64,000 nt of DNA from Rubripirellula sp. (GTDB taxonomy: Bacteria > Planctomycetota > Planctomycetia > Pirellulales > Pirellulaceae): the NCBI GenBank assembly GCA_965216875.1, contig OZ244207.1, positions 224,001-288,000 of the forward strand, read 5' to 3'. The translations under genes were made by a program, and so were the position numbers. Of this stretch, positions 1 through 11,130 are shown in pieces. How positions within the stretch are numbered: position 1 is the first letter of the stretch; each line of letters starts with the position of its first letter. The notes below the pieces were generated by a model that worked only from the letters and a program-made list of their open reading frames with translations, did no database searches and was not told the DNA's origin.

Positions 1-1160
1 TGCAGGATGAGGGGCGACATCACACCTCCCTCGTGCGTGTTCGCTTTGTGCATGCGAAACGGAGTGTTCGAGAGTGTCGCCCAGCCTTTGCCGTACGTTG
101 TCTTCACGGGAGCGTCGGGAGTGCCAACGGTTGCGGTCTCACCAACGCCGAAGGGGCCGCCCGAAGACGCGCCGCCGTTATCGGACAAGAAGACGACGAG
201 CGTTCGATTCAGACGGCCTGATTCACGCAGTGCCTTGACGATGCGACCAACCCCGCGGTCTAGCATTTCGACCTGCGCCGCGTAAGTTGCCATTCGCAAA
301 TCAAGGGCATCGCGTTGTCGCTGGGGCAGTGTCTTCCACGCCGGAATATCTTTCGCACGCGGTGACAGCGAGGTTTGTTCGGGAACAATTCCCAACGCCT
401 TTTGTTTTTCGAGTCTTCGTGAGCGGAGTTTGTCCCAACCGACCAAGTAGTGTCCGCGGTGCTTTTCAATGACGTCGCGCGGAGCCTGGAGAGGAAAGTG
501 GGGGGCATAGAAAGCCGTGTACAGAAACAGCGGCTTGTCTTTGTTTTGGGAAGTGATCCAATCGGCCGCACGGCTTGAAATGGCATCGGTGTAGAAGAAG
601 CCGTCATCGAATGTCTTGATTTCCTTGGACCCGTCGAACAACCAAGTCGGTCGAAAGTAGTTCTTTGCACCCTCCATCGTGCCAAAGAATCGGTCGAAGC
701 CTCGCTGTCGGGGCCAGCTGCCGTTGGGGCCGTCGTCAATCGTTTCGCTACGCGTCAGATGCCATTTGCCAACCATCCCGGTCGCATAGCCGCGTTGCTT
801 GAGAATCTCTGGCAGTGTTGGGAAGTTCGCCGACAGCTGGCCGCGGTAACCTGGCCCCTGATTGCCGTAGGTCATGTCGCCAAGCCCAACGCGATGCGAG
901 TATTGCCCGGTCAACAAACTGGCCCGAGAGGGACAACAACGAGACGTGTTGGAGAAGTTGGAAAAGCGGATGCCGCTGGCCGCCAACGCATCGAGGTGGG
1001 GCGTCGGAATCTCGCTGCCGTAGCAACCAATGTCGCTGAAGCCGAGATCATCGGCCATCATCAGTACGATGTCGGGAAGCTGGTCATCGGCGTGCGCGTT
1101 CCGATTGGCAACACCGGCAAGGGTGACCGCCACGAGCGTCAATAGGAGCCTGCTTATCAC
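1..1160 (-). CDS. Arylsulfatase (Cys-type S1 sulfatase), 3' end runs off the window
   Basis: Manual translation of the minus strand (not in the ORF track because it is truncated). GTG at 1160 is preceded by GAGG. Signal peptide, then LPDIVLMMADDLGFSDIGCYG, RCCPSRASLLTG (CxPxR), GKWHL and FLSDNG. Confidence 0.9.
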   Translation of the reverse strand, partial: MISRLLLTLVAVTLAGVANRNAHADDQLPDIVLMMADDLGFSDIGCYGSEIPTPHLDALAASGIRFSNFSNTSRCCPSRASLLTGQYSHRVGLGDMTYGNQGPGYRGQLSANFPTLPEILKQRGYATGMVGKWHLTRSETIDDGPNGSWPRQRGFDRFFGTMEGAKNYFRPTWLFDGSKEIKTFDDGFFYTDAISSRAADWITSQNKDKPLFLYTAFYAPHFPLQAPRDVIEKHRGHYLVGWDKLRSRRLEKQKALGIVPEQTSLSPRAKDIPAWKTLPQRQRDALDLRMATYAAQVEMLDRGVGRIVKALRESGRLNRTLVVFLSDNGGASSGGPFGVGETATVGTPDAPVKTTYGKGWATLSNTPFRMHKANTHEGGVMSPLIL

Positions 1161-1202
1161 TGGTTGTTCAAACCTCACTTGTATCGCGTTGCCGCCTTTC
1201 GA

Positions 1203-4200
1203 TCACCGGTACTCAAAGTCGACGGTCGCAACGGTATCGGATTCGCTGACCGCGCGCACCCAACAAGCCGAGTACCCAGCGGGGAACGTGTGCGTGATTG
1301 GTTTGCCCGCTGGAACGCGGAAGCGTTCGTATTGGATCCACCTTCCGTTCCCGTCAACGTCGACCTCGAGGGTCAGCGAGACGGGGGCGGCCGAGTCATG
1401 AGTCAGGGCAACCGTTTTCTGATCATAGCCCCTCATCAGATAGGGATCCGATGGAACGTTTGCACGAACCGGCGAGTCCTTCCAAGGGCCGCCATTACCA
1501 ATCGGCTTGCCGAGTTTCCAAAGGTCATCGACGCCACCGAACCAGAGTCCGACTCCATTCTTGGAATCGCGGAAAACGTGACCATCTTCGATGGCATCCG
1601 CTTTGACACCGCAGAGTACGAGCAGCCCATTCCATGAACAGAAGTCGCTGATCTGTTTCCGATGGCTCGAGACAGGGCGGATCAAATTCCAGGCCGGCGG
1701 TGCACCGTTTGTGATCAATGGTAACTCGTAAAACGTACCGTGAATGTTGGCGAGGTGGCGTTCTGATTCAACTTCGCGAACGGCGCGGGGCCAGCCGCTT
1801 GTAAACGGCTTGTCGTAAGCGGCGTCACCTTTGGGAAGCCGATATCGCTTGCCGAGTGATTCAACCACAACCGAGGCCGCGTCGACACTGAATTCGGGCT
1901 CAACCTCAAGCAATGATTTCAATGATTCATCGTGCCCATCGGCCCGGAAGTGAAACGAGTTTTTGTCGAACTCATAAAACCGATCATCATCGGTGATCAT
2001 GCGCAAGTTTCGGTTTCGCTTCGCGGCATACACAAGTCCTCGCGTCACATCTGAGTCGTGGACATCGGCCAAGCCTTCAAACAACGTTTTGCCACCGTCA
2101 TTGTGGTTTGGATAGCTCGACGTCTGATGAAGGAACGCCGTTGCCACACAATCCTTGTCGACTTTGAATCGCATCCAAACGGCATCAAGCGATTGCGGAA
2201 GCAGGACAGACTTTCCTTTTCCATCCGCGACCACAAACTCGTCGAAGTCGGTCCATTGGTTCGTTCCATCGACATCGATCTGAACTGCAAAACGCACTTC
2301 ACTTTCTTTCCCAGTTGGTTTGCCTTTCACGTTCGTGACGGTTGCTGAATCGGACGGCGTGATTCGTAGCTCCGCTGCGGCAGCCGAGACGAACGCGGTG
2401 TGTGGCATCCCGAACGCTCCCTTCGTGTGTTCAACGTCGTTTGCGGGAATCTGCACCGCACCGGCGGAGAAGTCGCGTTTGTAGATGCGATCTCGATGGT
2501 TCTTTCCCCATCGCAACTCCATGTCGGTTGGGACCCATCGCCGATCGAGTTCGGGGGCGCCTCGCTGGTCCACCGCCAAGAAGACGGTCGCCGGTTGATT
2601 GATTTCGAACGAATAGCCAGCAGCTGGCTTGTGCCAATCGCCTCGCTTGATCGTCACCATTGGCAACGCGGCCAAAGATTCGGGAATCGAAGAGATCCGT
2701 TGTTGGTCGGTTGCGCGTAACAGATTCTCACGACTCGCATGCTTTCGTCCAACGCCAAGATGCAGTGTGCGTTGTTCGAAGCCAGCGACTAAGAAGGGTT
2801 CGGACCAAGTCTCCTTCGAAACTTCATCGTCCACCCATGGTCCACCATATCCATTTGCAGGCCCCCATTCTTTCAAGTCTCCATAGGTTCCGAACCACAG
2901 ATTGCTTTGGGGCTGGCCGGCAAGCGGATTGCCTTGAATGCTTGTTTCATCAGTGGCGAGAACCAGACGCCCGTTCCAATTGCAAAAATCGGGGACGTAG
3001 CGTAGGTGACTACCGATCGGGACGAGTCCGCGCGAGTTGTTGACCGAAAATGATTTGGGGAAATCGAAGAACATGCCGTGCATGTCCATCATCCAGCGAC
3101 CGTCCGTGATTTCACGAATGCGTGGCCATTCGGTATACCAACCGTGGCTGGCGTCGTTGCAATAGGATGCCTTGGGAAGCAGGTAGGTGTGCCAGTTGCC
3201 AGCCTCGAGCAATTTCAGACGCACGCTGCGGCGATCCCAACCCATCGACCAGATCGGGTCATCTCCGTTACTGCCGCCTGTGATTCCGTGGGGGCCAGTG
3301 ACTTCGGTGAACTGCCGACGTTCCACAATCTGCCATCCGTTGCCGTCCCACTGTGCAAGCACACCGCGTTCTTCGTCGTTCTCCGCTTTGCCCCCGACAA
3401 GCACATCGGCATAGTCGCCTACGTGAAGCTCGCCATTGTTCGAAACGACGAGTTTTCCTTGCGAAGTGTACCCACCTTTGGAATGCCAACCGGGAACCGG
3501 CTTCTTAAACAGCCGTTTGACGGCAAGCGTATGCACGTTGGCTTCCCAAATGGATCCTTCCATGTCGATGTAGTAAACCATGTTCGCAGGATCTTTCAGG
3601 TGCCGTGCGATCGCGGTCACACGCATCGGCATGTCGGCAGGTTGGATCGTTCGCACGTTGCCGTGCGCATCAACCAAGTGGTGGCCAATCAACAACTGTT
3701 TCGATTCAGCATGAATCATCCGGCCCGCGGGAGTGCCGCCCACACTTTCCGGGTGCACGGTCATTGGCTGGGAAAGATCTTCGTCAACCGAGAACAGCTT
3801 GTGCTCACTGCCGCGAGGCATGTGTGGGGCGTAATTGACCATCCAAAGTTTGCCAGCCCAGGGAACGATCGCACCAATCCCGCACTCGTTGTGGCCACCT
3901 TTAAAGTGCGCTCCATCTTGGCTGTAGACGCCGTAGGTCGTCAGGTGCGGGTACACACCGCTGATTTGAATGTCGGTGCGAGCATCCTCGGCCGTCTTGG
4001 CAGAAACCAATGATTGGGGCTCGGGGGCTCGAAGCGTCTTTCGATGGTGACGCAACTCCGCAGCCAAGCGTTCGACGATTTGCCGATGCTCAGAACGTGC
4101 TGCGAGGTTCCTTAACTCGTCAGCGTCATCATCGAGATCATAAAGTTCCTTAGCGGTGCCTTCAGATTCTCGTGTTTCTGTTTCGATGTATTTCCATCGT

Positions 4201-5474
4201 TTGTTGCGTACGGCCCAAAGCGGTTGGCTGCCGAGTTGAGGCGTTGGCGCCTCATAAAGAAAGCTCTGCCGCCAGTCCTTCGGTTCGTTGCCCGCGATGA
4301 TCGGCAAGAGGCTTCGACCATGAAGGTCCGCAGGGATGCTCAATCCCGCAAGCTCGTAGATGGTTGCTGTTACATCGATGTTCAGTACAAGTGCGTCTGA
4401 AAGTTGCGCTTTGGTTGACGGGCCGGCAATCGCCATCGGAACGCGCATCGATTCTTCATAGGGCAGGACTTTGCTGGTCATGCCATGTTCACCGAGGAAC
4501 CAGCCATTGTCGCCCATGAAGATCACCCATGTGTTGTCATCAATCCCCTGTTGATGAATCTCATCCAGGACGCGTCCAACGGCAGCATCCATTTGCTCGA
4601 CACTTGCGCGATAGTCGCGGATGTGGCTTCGAATGGCAGACGGATCGTCGTAGCCGTACTCTTGTCCACGCGTTCGATTGCGCGCGGACGCCAAGTATTC
4701 GGGTTTACCCTCAAGCGAATCGTCCCAAGACTTTGGCAGCGGCATTTCATCAGCGGGATAACGCTCAAGGTATTCCTGCTTCGCCGGCCACGTGTGTCGA
4801 TGGTCCATGTGAGGCACTTGTGTGCACATCCATAGCACGAATGGTTTCTCTTTTCCGACTGACTCGTCAATGAAACGAATCGATTCGTCGGCGGTCACAT
4901 CATCAACAAACCCGGGCATGGTCTTCGTCTCGCCATCGATTGTGAATCGACGGTCGTACCAAGTGCCGTTGGACCAGCAGGTCGACGCAAAATCAAATCC
5001 ACAGTCCTCGGGTGTTGTCTTGAGGTGCCATTTACCGGCAACGCCCGTCGTGTAGCCAGCCTTTCGCAGTGCGTGGGCAAAGGTGGTTTCACTTTCGTTG
5101 AGAGCAACCTTTCCAAACGAGGTCACTCCATTCGCGCTACCATAGCGTCCGGTCAGGCATGCGGCCCGGCTGGGCGAACAGATCGCCAAGGTGACAAACG
5201 CGTTTTGAAACCGAGTCCCGCGGTCCGCGATACGGTCGAGATTTGGCGTTTGGATCGCTTGCAGACCCGCCATGCCGTAGCTGTCCCAGCGATGGTCGTC
5301 TGTGAGGACAAACACGACGTTTGGCAAAACGCTGCGCGTATCCTCGGGCTCGGCTCCGGTGACCGTTCCCATGCAGCCGAGAACCGATGCCAGGCAATAC
5401 AAGAATCGCAAGATGGCGATTCGATTTACAAAAGAGAGTCGCACCGATCTTGTTTGCTTTTTAGCGTCGTCCAT
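1203..5474 (-). CDS. Secreted sulfatase fused to a ~930-aa uncharacterised, internally duplicated C-terminal region
   Basis: 1423-aa ORF: signal peptide, PNVVFVLTDDHR, CSPSRAACLTG, GKWHL, FMGDNG. After ~aa 495 a Trp/Gly-rich non-sulfatase region follows. Confidence 0.9.
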   Translation of the reverse strand: MDDAKKQTRSVRLSFVNRIAILRFLYCLASVLGCMGTVTGAEPEDTRSVLPNVVFVLTDDHRWDSYGMAGLQAIQTPNLDRIADRGTRFQNAFVTLAICSPSRAACLTGRYGSANGVTSFGKVALNESETTFAHALRKAGYTTGVAGKWHLKTTPEDCGFDFASTCWSNGTWYDRRFTIDGETKTMPGFVDDVTADESIRFIDESVGKEKPFVLWMCTQVPHMDHRHTWPAKQEYLERYPADEMPLPKSWDDSLEGKPEYLASARNRTRGQEYGYDDPSAIRSHIRDYRASVEQMDAAVGRVLDEIHQQGIDDNTWVIFMGDNGWFLGEHGMTSKVLPYEESMRVPMAIAGPSTKAQLSDALVLNIDVTATIYELAGLSIPADLHGRSLLPIIAGNEPKDWRQSFLYEAPTPQLGSQPLWAVRNKRWKYIETETRESEGTAKELYDLDDDADELRNLAARSEHRQIVERLAAELRHHRKTLRAPEPQSLVSAKTAEDARTDIQISGVYPHLTTYGVYSQDGAHFKGGHNECGIGAIVPWAGKLWMVNYAPHMPRGSEHKLFSVDEDLSQPMTVHPESVGGTPAGRMIHAESKQLLIGHHLVDAHGNVRTIQPADMPMRVTAIARHLKDPANMVYYIDMEGSIWEANVHTLAVKRLFKKPVPGWHSKGGYTSQGKLVVSNNGELHVGDYADVLVGGKAENDEERGVLAQWDGNGWQIVERRQFTEVTGPHGITGGSNGDDPIWSMGWDRRSVRLKLLEAGNWHTYLLPKASYCNDASHGWYTEWPRIREITDGRWMMDMHGMFFDFPKSFSVNNSRGLVPIGSHLRYVPDFCNWNGRLVLATDETSIQGNPLAGQPQSNLWFGTYGDLKEWGPANGYGGPWVDDEVSKETWSEPFLVAGFEQRTLHLGVGRKHASRENLLRATDQQRISSIPESLAALPMVTIKRGDWHKPAAGYSFEINQPATVFLAVDQRGAPELDRRWVPTDMELRWGKNHRDRIYKRDFSAGAVQIPANDVEHTKGAFGMPHTAFVSAAAAELRITPSDSATVTNVKGKPTGKESEVRFAVQIDVDGTNQWTDFDEFVVADGKGKSVLLPQSLDAVWMRFKVDKDCVATAFLHQTSSYPNHNDGGKTLFEGLADVHDSDVTRGLVYAAKRNRNLRMITDDDRFYEFDKNSFHFRADGHDESLKSLLEVEPEFSVDAASVVVESLGKRYRLPKGDAAYDKPFTSGWPRAVREVESERHLANIHGTFYELPLITNGAPPAWNLIRPVSSHRKQISDFCSWNGLLVLCGVKADAIEDGHVFRDSKNGVGLWFGGVDDLWKLGKPIGNGGPWKDSPVRANVPSDPYLMRGYDQKTVALTHDSAAPVSLTLEVDVDGNGRWIQYERFRVPAGKPITHTFPAGYSACWVRAVSESDTVATVDFEYR

Positions 5475-5764
5475 CGTGAATCCAGTGAGGGTGAGCCGTG
5501 CTCGTGAAAACAGCTACAGAGAAAATGACCTTCACCACCGGTTTTGGACGTCAAAACTCGAGATTTATCGCAGATTCGAATCGTTATGCGATCGAAGGAC
5601 AAAACCCAATCGCTTGGTGAGCACGAAAACTCGCTCCGCCAATGGCGAGCTGCTACCATGTGTGCTCTTCCCCCTCCCCCTCCTTCCTGATTGCTTTCCC
5701 ACCACGTTCTCGTTGCGTCCACCATTTTGTTGAAGGGCGTGCGACGCTGGGACCTACCGTAGCC

Positions 5765-7219
5765 ATGGCGGAACTCTTCTCGATCGATGCGCGTCTCGTA
5801 AATCCGCTGCAGTGGCGGGCGACACGATTTGGTGTGTGTTGGTTTGCCGCGATCCTGCTGGCGATACCTGCGTTTGGTGAGGACGTTCGCGTTTTGGTGG
5901 TTGCTGGTCAAAACAACCACGACTGGAAACGCTCGACGCCCTACTTGCACTGGATCGTTAACTCGCACCCAGACATCACAGCAACGATCAACAATGCCCC
6001 TTCCTCGAACGATGACAAAGCGTGGCAAGAATGGAATCCCGATTTCGCGGCCTACGACGTTGTGATTCTCAATTACAACGGCCAGATGTGGCCCGGCTAC
6101 CTCAAAGAGAGGTTTGACCGGTACATCCGTGGCGGCGGAACCGCCATGTTGATTCACGCCGCAAACAACTCGTTTACCGGATGGTCCGAATACGAACAAT
6201 TGGTCGGATTGTTGTGGCGTGGTCGCGACTATGGTTCGAGCATTTACTTGGATGAATCTGGGCACCAAGTTCGCGTTCGACCCGGCGAAGGCCGTAACAT
6301 GGGACACGGTGGCATCTTTGATTGGATCATGACGACGCGCGCAGCGGACCATCCAATTGCTCAAGGCATGCCAACCACTTGGATGCACGCTCGCGACGAA
6401 CTGTATCACGGGCAGCGTGGGCCGGCCGAAAACATCAACGTCCTGTTCAGTGCCTACTCAGACCCCAAGCAAGGCGGCACGGGAAAACACGAACCGATCG
6501 TCTGGTGGGTGCCGCACGGCAACGGCAAAGTGCTTACCAACGTCATGGGACATGTTGGCGACATCCAATGTTTACAATGCGTTGGATTCCAAACCATCAC
6601 GCGGCGCGCATGCCTTTGGTTGTCGGGCCGAACGATTGAACCATCGCTGCCCGCAAACTTTCCAACGGCACAAGCGACCAGTATCGCCGAGATTTCGGAA
6701 GCGTTCACACGTCAACTCGAAGAAGCCCGGCTGAACGTTGTCGACCAGCCCGTTCGTCCGCGCACAGGCGGGAATCAAGGCCTCGATGGCGGGCTTCGCT
6801 ATGAAATTTACAACGGAACCTGGGATCGGCTGCCCGACTTCCGCAAGCTCACGCCCGTTGCCAATGGGATCACGCATACGATTACGGCAAAACCGATCGA
6901 TGGTTTGAGCGATCACTATGCAGTCGTCTATTCCGGTTTCATCGAAATCAGTCAGCGGGGCAGGTACACGTTTCACACCCGGTCCGATGACGGGTCGGCA
7001 TTGCTGATCGATGGCGTCGTCGTAGTCAACAACGACGGCGTGCACGGCGGGCATGCCGAAGGAGGCCGCGTGCATCTTGGTCCGGGTGTTTACCCGATCG
7101 AAATACGATTCTTCGAAAAGGATGGCGGCGAAGAGTTGTCGGTGACCTATTCGGGGCCCGCTCTGCAGACACAGAACCTTCCAGCAACGATCCTCTATCA
7201 CAAGCCGCTTGGGCGTTAA
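5765..7219 (+). CDS. ThuA-like (class I GATase-like fold) domain + PA14 domain protein, secreted
   Basis: VRVLVVAGQNNHDW...DELYH...GKVLTNVMGH (ThuA-like) and C-terminal YTFHTRSDDGSALLIDG...VVNNDGVH (PA14). Start moved to the in-frame ATG at 5765; start uncertain. Confidence 0.8.
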   Translation: MAELFSIDARLVNPLQWRATRFGVCWFAAILLAIPAFGEDVRVLVVAGQNNHDWKRSTPYLHWIVNSHPDITATINNAPSSNDDKAWQEWNPDFAAYDVVILNYNGQMWPGYLKERFDRYIRGGGTAMLIHAANNSFTGWSEYEQLVGLLWRGRDYGSSIYLDESGHQVRVRPGEGRNMGHGGIFDWIMTTRAADHPIAQGMPTTWMHARDELYHGQRGPAENINVLFSAYSDPKQGGTGKHEPIVWWVPHGNGKVLTNVMGHVGDIQCLQCVGFQTITRRACLWLSGRTIEPSLPANFPTAQATSIAEISEAFTRQLEEARLNVVDQPVRPRTGGNQGLDGGLRYEIYNGTWDRLPDFRKLTPVANGITHTITAKPIDGLSDHYAVVYSGFIEISQRGRYTFHTRSDDGSALLIDGVVVVNNDGVHGGHAEGGRVHLGPGVYPIEIRFFEKDGGEELSVTYSGPALQTQNLPATILYHKPLGR

Positions 7220-7251
7220 AAGCCACACTGCAAACCGACGGATGACTAACC

Positions 7252-8490
7252 ATGAAGCGAAACCCTTCTTCTCGACGTGCGTTTCTAAAAACATCGTCCG
7301 CAGCCGCGGCCGCTATGGCTGCGCCGACGATTATTCCGTCCAGCGCATTAGGACGCGACGGCGCTGTCGCACCGAGTGAGCGAATCAATCTCGCGGGCAT
7401 CGGAATGGGGGGCCAGGGACGCGGCGACTTGAACGGTTTTATTGGCTTCCCCCAGGTGCAAGGCGTTGCCGTGTGTGACGTGGTCGGCCGACACTGCCAG
7501 ATGGCAAAGGACCTTGTCGATCGCAAGTACGGCAACAAAGACTGTGCGATGTACAGCGATTTTCGCGAAGTTCTTGCGAGGCCCGACGTTGATGCCGTCC
7601 TGATTGGAACACCGGACCATTGGCATGTGCCTATTGCCATCGAAGCGATGAAGCACGGCAAAGACGTGTACTCCGAAAAACCGGAAACACTCACGATCAA
7701 TCAAGGCAAAGAACTTCGCAAGGTTGTCTATCAAACCGGACGCGTCTACTCGGGCGGTAGCCAACGTGTTTGGGGTGATTACAACTGGTTCCACAAGATG
7801 GTTCGGGGCGGAAAACTCGGCGAAGTGACCGACGCATGGGCGAACGTCGGCGGACCATCCGGGCCTTGCTACCTTCCGGCCGAAAAGACACCTGACGACG
7901 TTGATTGGAATCTTTGGCTTGGTCCAGCACCGTGGCGTCCCTTTCATCAACAACTGATTCGAGGCGGGTTCAGGCCGTTTCGTGATTACTCCGGCGGCAG
8001 CACAACGGATTGGGGATGTCACACGTTTGGTGGATGTCTGTTTGCGTTGAACCTCCATCTGACTGGCCCGACCGAAATCATTCCTCCCAACGACGAACAC
8101 AAGAACCTCGTCTTCAAGTTCTCGACTGGGCAAAAGATCCATCACGGTGGCGGATGGGGAGGCATCATTAACTTCCGCGGCACCGAAGGTGAATTGTCCG
8201 AAGAGGATCGCAAGGCGGGCAAGCTAAAGGCTCCGGAAATCTACATTCCAAATTACAAGGGATCGGGTGGGATCTTTGGCGACTTCCTGCACTGTGTGAA
8301 GTCGCGCGAACAACCTTTCCGACACGTCGAAGCGGCGCACCGAACTGCGACCTGCGCCCACTTGGCCAACATCGCTTATTGGCTCAATCGACCTTTGAAG
8401 TGGGATCCCGACAACGAGGAAATCCTCGATGACCCCGAGGCCAGTCGCTGGATGGACCGTCCCGCTCGGGATGCGTGGCAGCACAGTTGA
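7252..8490 (+). CDS. Gfo/Idh/MocA family oxidoreductase with Tat signal
   Basis: SSRRAFLK twin-arginine motif; GIGMGGQG, DAVLIGTPDHWH, GKDVYSEKP, DWNLWLGPAP. Confidence 0.92.
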   Translation: MKRNPSSRRAFLKTSSAAAAAMAAPTIIPSSALGRDGAVAPSERINLAGIGMGGQGRGDLNGFIGFPQVQGVAVCDVVGRHCQMAKDLVDRKYGNKDCAMYSDFREVLARPDVDAVLIGTPDHWHVPIAIEAMKHGKDVYSEKPETLTINQGKELRKVVYQTGRVYSGGSQRVWGDYNWFHKMVRGGKLGEVTDAWANVGGPSGPCYLPAEKTPDDVDWNLWLGPAPWRPFHQQLIRGGFRPFRDYSGGSTTDWGCHTFGGCLFALNLHLTGPTEIIPPNDEHKNLVFKFSTGQKIHHGGGWGGIINFRGTEGELSEEDRKAGKLKAPEIYIPNYKGSGGIFGDFLHCVKSREQPFRHVEAAHRTATCAHLANIAYWLNRPLKWDPDNEEILDDPEASRWMDRPARDAWQHS

Positions 8491-8550
8491 CGAGACGTCG
8501 ACATTGATTTCTGAACATTCGACATCTGTGATTCACTGGAATTGGAAACC

Positions 8551-11058
8551 ATGAACAACCGAATCGTTTTGACAGCCCTCTTTGCTTGGGTTTTCAGCGG
8601 ATGGGTGCATGCAGACGATGCCCAAACGCTGGCCAAGATCGACCAGCAACTGAAGCAAGTGCAGTCTTTTGAATTCGGTCAAAGCGGCAACCCCGCGCAA
8701 GACCTCGAGCGCACGCTTTTTCAATTGCCGGCCGATTCAGCACTGCGTGCAGAGGTCGAACAGAAACTGATCGATGCATTGGACGGAGCCAACAACGTCG
8801 GACGCGGTGTCATTTGTCGCCAGCTTCGAGTGGTGGGGACCGACCGTTGCGTGCCAGCGGTTGCGAAGTTGCTTTCCGACGAAGACGCTTCAGCCTTCGC
8901 GCGGTACACGCTTCAAGGACTCGGAAGCGAAACCGCATTGGGTGCAATGCACGAAGCACTTCATGACGTGCCCGATAACCTCAAACTCGGCATCTTAAAC
9001 TCGTTGTCCGCGCGCGGCTACGAACCGATGCTCAAAGATTGTGTCGACTTGATTGAATCCAAAGACGACAACGTCGCGACCGCAGCGGCCCGCGCCCTCG
9101 GGCGGCTCGGAGGCCCGAGGGCAATATCGACGCTGGCCGATCGACGCGCAAATGCCAGTGCAACACTCGCGGCCGAAATCGACCTCGCTCTATTGGGATG
9201 CGCTGAACAGTTGCTAGCCGGCGGCAAAACCGATTCGGCCGCGAAGATCTATCAACAACTGTATGGCCGCGATGGCTTTCAGCTGGCCGGGTTGAAAGGC
9301 CTCGTTGCTGCACGGCCCGATGACGCCGCGAGCCTGTTGGTCGGTGCGATGCGCAAAGAGGATGCCAGGCTTGCCGCGTTCGCAGCCAACTCAACGCGGT
9401 TAGTTCCTGGGAACGAGGCGACAGCAGCCTTTGTTTCGACGCTCGACATGCTGCCCGAAGGAACCGCGGTTGTACTGATCAAGGCGTTAGGCGAGCGAGG
9501 TGATGCGGCGGCTGCACCCGCGATCGCGGCTGCTTCGAAGAGCCCCAGCCGCGAGGTTCGGTTTGCTGCCTTGGCGGCACTCGGTGGTCTCGAAGGTAAC
9601 GACGCTGCCGACGCGTTGCTCGGGTCGGCAATGGATGATGATCCAACGGTTCGCAGCTTGGCCCGTGCAAGTTTGGCCAAGATTCGAGGCGTCAATTCTT
9701 ATCTCGCAACGATGGCTCAAGGTGGCAATGAAGACCGCGCTGTCGAGGCGATCGCAGCATTCGCGTCACGCGGCGCCACGGACCAAAACAAACTGTTGTT
9801 TGCGTTGGCACGATCCGAAAACGCCAAAAAGCGTGTGGCTGCCATCAACGCGCTCGGTGTGATCGGCGATTCGACGACAGTCGGTCAGTTGGTTGAGTTG
9901 CTACTCGCCTCAGGCAATGCAGAAGACTTAGCGTCCATCGAAGCCTCCTTGGGACGCGTGCTAGGCCGCATCAGCGATGCGGACGAACGAGCAGAGGTTT
10001 TGTTGACCGCCATGCCTCGAGCTTCGGGTGCCGCGAAACCTGCGCTGGTCCGTCTGCTTGCTCGCGCCGGAACGACGGACGCATTGGACGCCGCGCGTCG
10101 GTCGCTGAAAGATGCTGATGCAGCCGTTCGCGTAGGTGCCGTCGAGTCACTTGCGAGTTGGCCCAATTCCGATGCGGCCGACGATCTGGTGCCGTTGATC
10201 GAAAATGCCGCCTCGGCCGAGTTGAAGAGAGTTGCCCTCGATGGATACGTCCGCATCGCTTCCGAATCCGAAGATCCTGCAAGCATGTTCTTGGGGCTGC
10301 TCGATCGCATACGAAGCGTCGACAGCAAAAAGGTTGTGCTCAATGAGATCGGTTTGAATTGTGAATCATTCGAAGCGCTCGACGCGACCATGTCATTGTT
10401 TGGCAACCCGCAACTCAAAGCGGTTGCTGGAATCGCCGCGATTCGAATCGCGTACAAGCTGCGTCGTCAGCATCGAGATCGAATCCGAGAGGTGCTGCAC
10501 GAGATTCTGGCTCGCGTCGATCATCCCGATGTGCAACGACGCGGACAAGACGTAATTAACGACCTCGACAAGTACGAAGATCACATTCTTCGTTGGGTCG
10601 CTATCGGTCCATTTGTGGACAATGAAATCACCAGCGGCGAAGTCAGTTACAAGACGGTCTTTGCACCTGAGCGATCCGACACGTCTGACTTGAAATGGAA
10701 GCCGCTCACTTTGGGCATTGGCAGCTGGGACATCAACCTTGAATCGACCTACGGCGCAAAGGACCATTGCTCGGCATTTGTCCGCACGATGATTTGGTCG
10801 CCCGTTGATCAATCCGTTCAAGTTGAAGGGGGTGCCGACGATGCGCTCAAGATTTGGGTCAACGGCAAACTCGTGCACGAGGGCTGGCGCACCGGTGGTT
10901 GTGAGCCGCGTCAGATCAAAGTGCCCACGAAACTCACTAAGGGCTGGAACGAACTAAAGCTCAAGGTCACCGACCACGAAGGAGGGTGGCAGTTTGGTTG
11001 CCGCGTTCGTAAGCCAAACGGCACCAAAGTCGACGACCTCAAATACGAAGCACGCTAA
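8551..11058 (+). CDS. Secreted HEAT-repeat protein with C-terminal beta-sandwich (PA14-like) domain
   Basis: Signal peptide, many Ala/Leu-rich helical repeats (AAARALGRLGG, AALAALGGLEG), C-terminal GADDALKIWVNG...LTKGWNELKLKV. Confidence 0.8.
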   Translation: MNNRIVLTALFAWVFSGWVHADDAQTLAKIDQQLKQVQSFEFGQSGNPAQDLERTLFQLPADSALRAEVEQKLIDALDGANNVGRGVICRQLRVVGTDRCVPAVAKLLSDEDASAFARYTLQGLGSETALGAMHEALHDVPDNLKLGILNSLSARGYEPMLKDCVDLIESKDDNVATAAARALGRLGGPRAISTLADRRANASATLAAEIDLALLGCAEQLLAGGKTDSAAKIYQQLYGRDGFQLAGLKGLVAARPDDAASLLVGAMRKEDARLAAFAANSTRLVPGNEATAAFVSTLDMLPEGTAVVLIKALGERGDAAAAPAIAAASKSPSREVRFAALAALGGLEGNDAADALLGSAMDDDPTVRSLARASLAKIRGVNSYLATMAQGGNEDRAVEAIAAFASRGATDQNKLLFALARSENAKKRVAAINALGVIGDSTTVGQLVELLLASGNAEDLASIEASLGRVLGRISDADERAEVLLTAMPRASGAAKPALVRLLARAGTTDALDAARRSLKDADAAVRVGAVESLASWPNSDAADDLVPLIENAASAELKRVALDGYVRIASESEDPASMFLGLLDRIRSVDSKKVVLNEIGLNCESFEALDATMSLFGNPQLKAVAGIAAIRIAYKLRRQHRDRIREVLHEILARVDHPDVQRRGQDVINDLDKYEDHILRWVAIGPFVDNEITSGEVSYKTVFAPERSDTSDLKWKPLTLGIGSWDINLESTYGAKDHCSAFVRTMIWSPVDQSVQVEGGADDALKIWVNGKLVHEGWRTGGCEPRQIKVPTKLTKGWNELKLKVTDHEGGWQFGCRVRKPNGTKVDDLKYEAR

Positions 11059-11130
11059 GCAAGCTGAGCTTAGCCGCATTCCGCCCACTCCAACTACGTT
11101 TTCGCAAACCTCCATCGCAAGAGCCACAAG

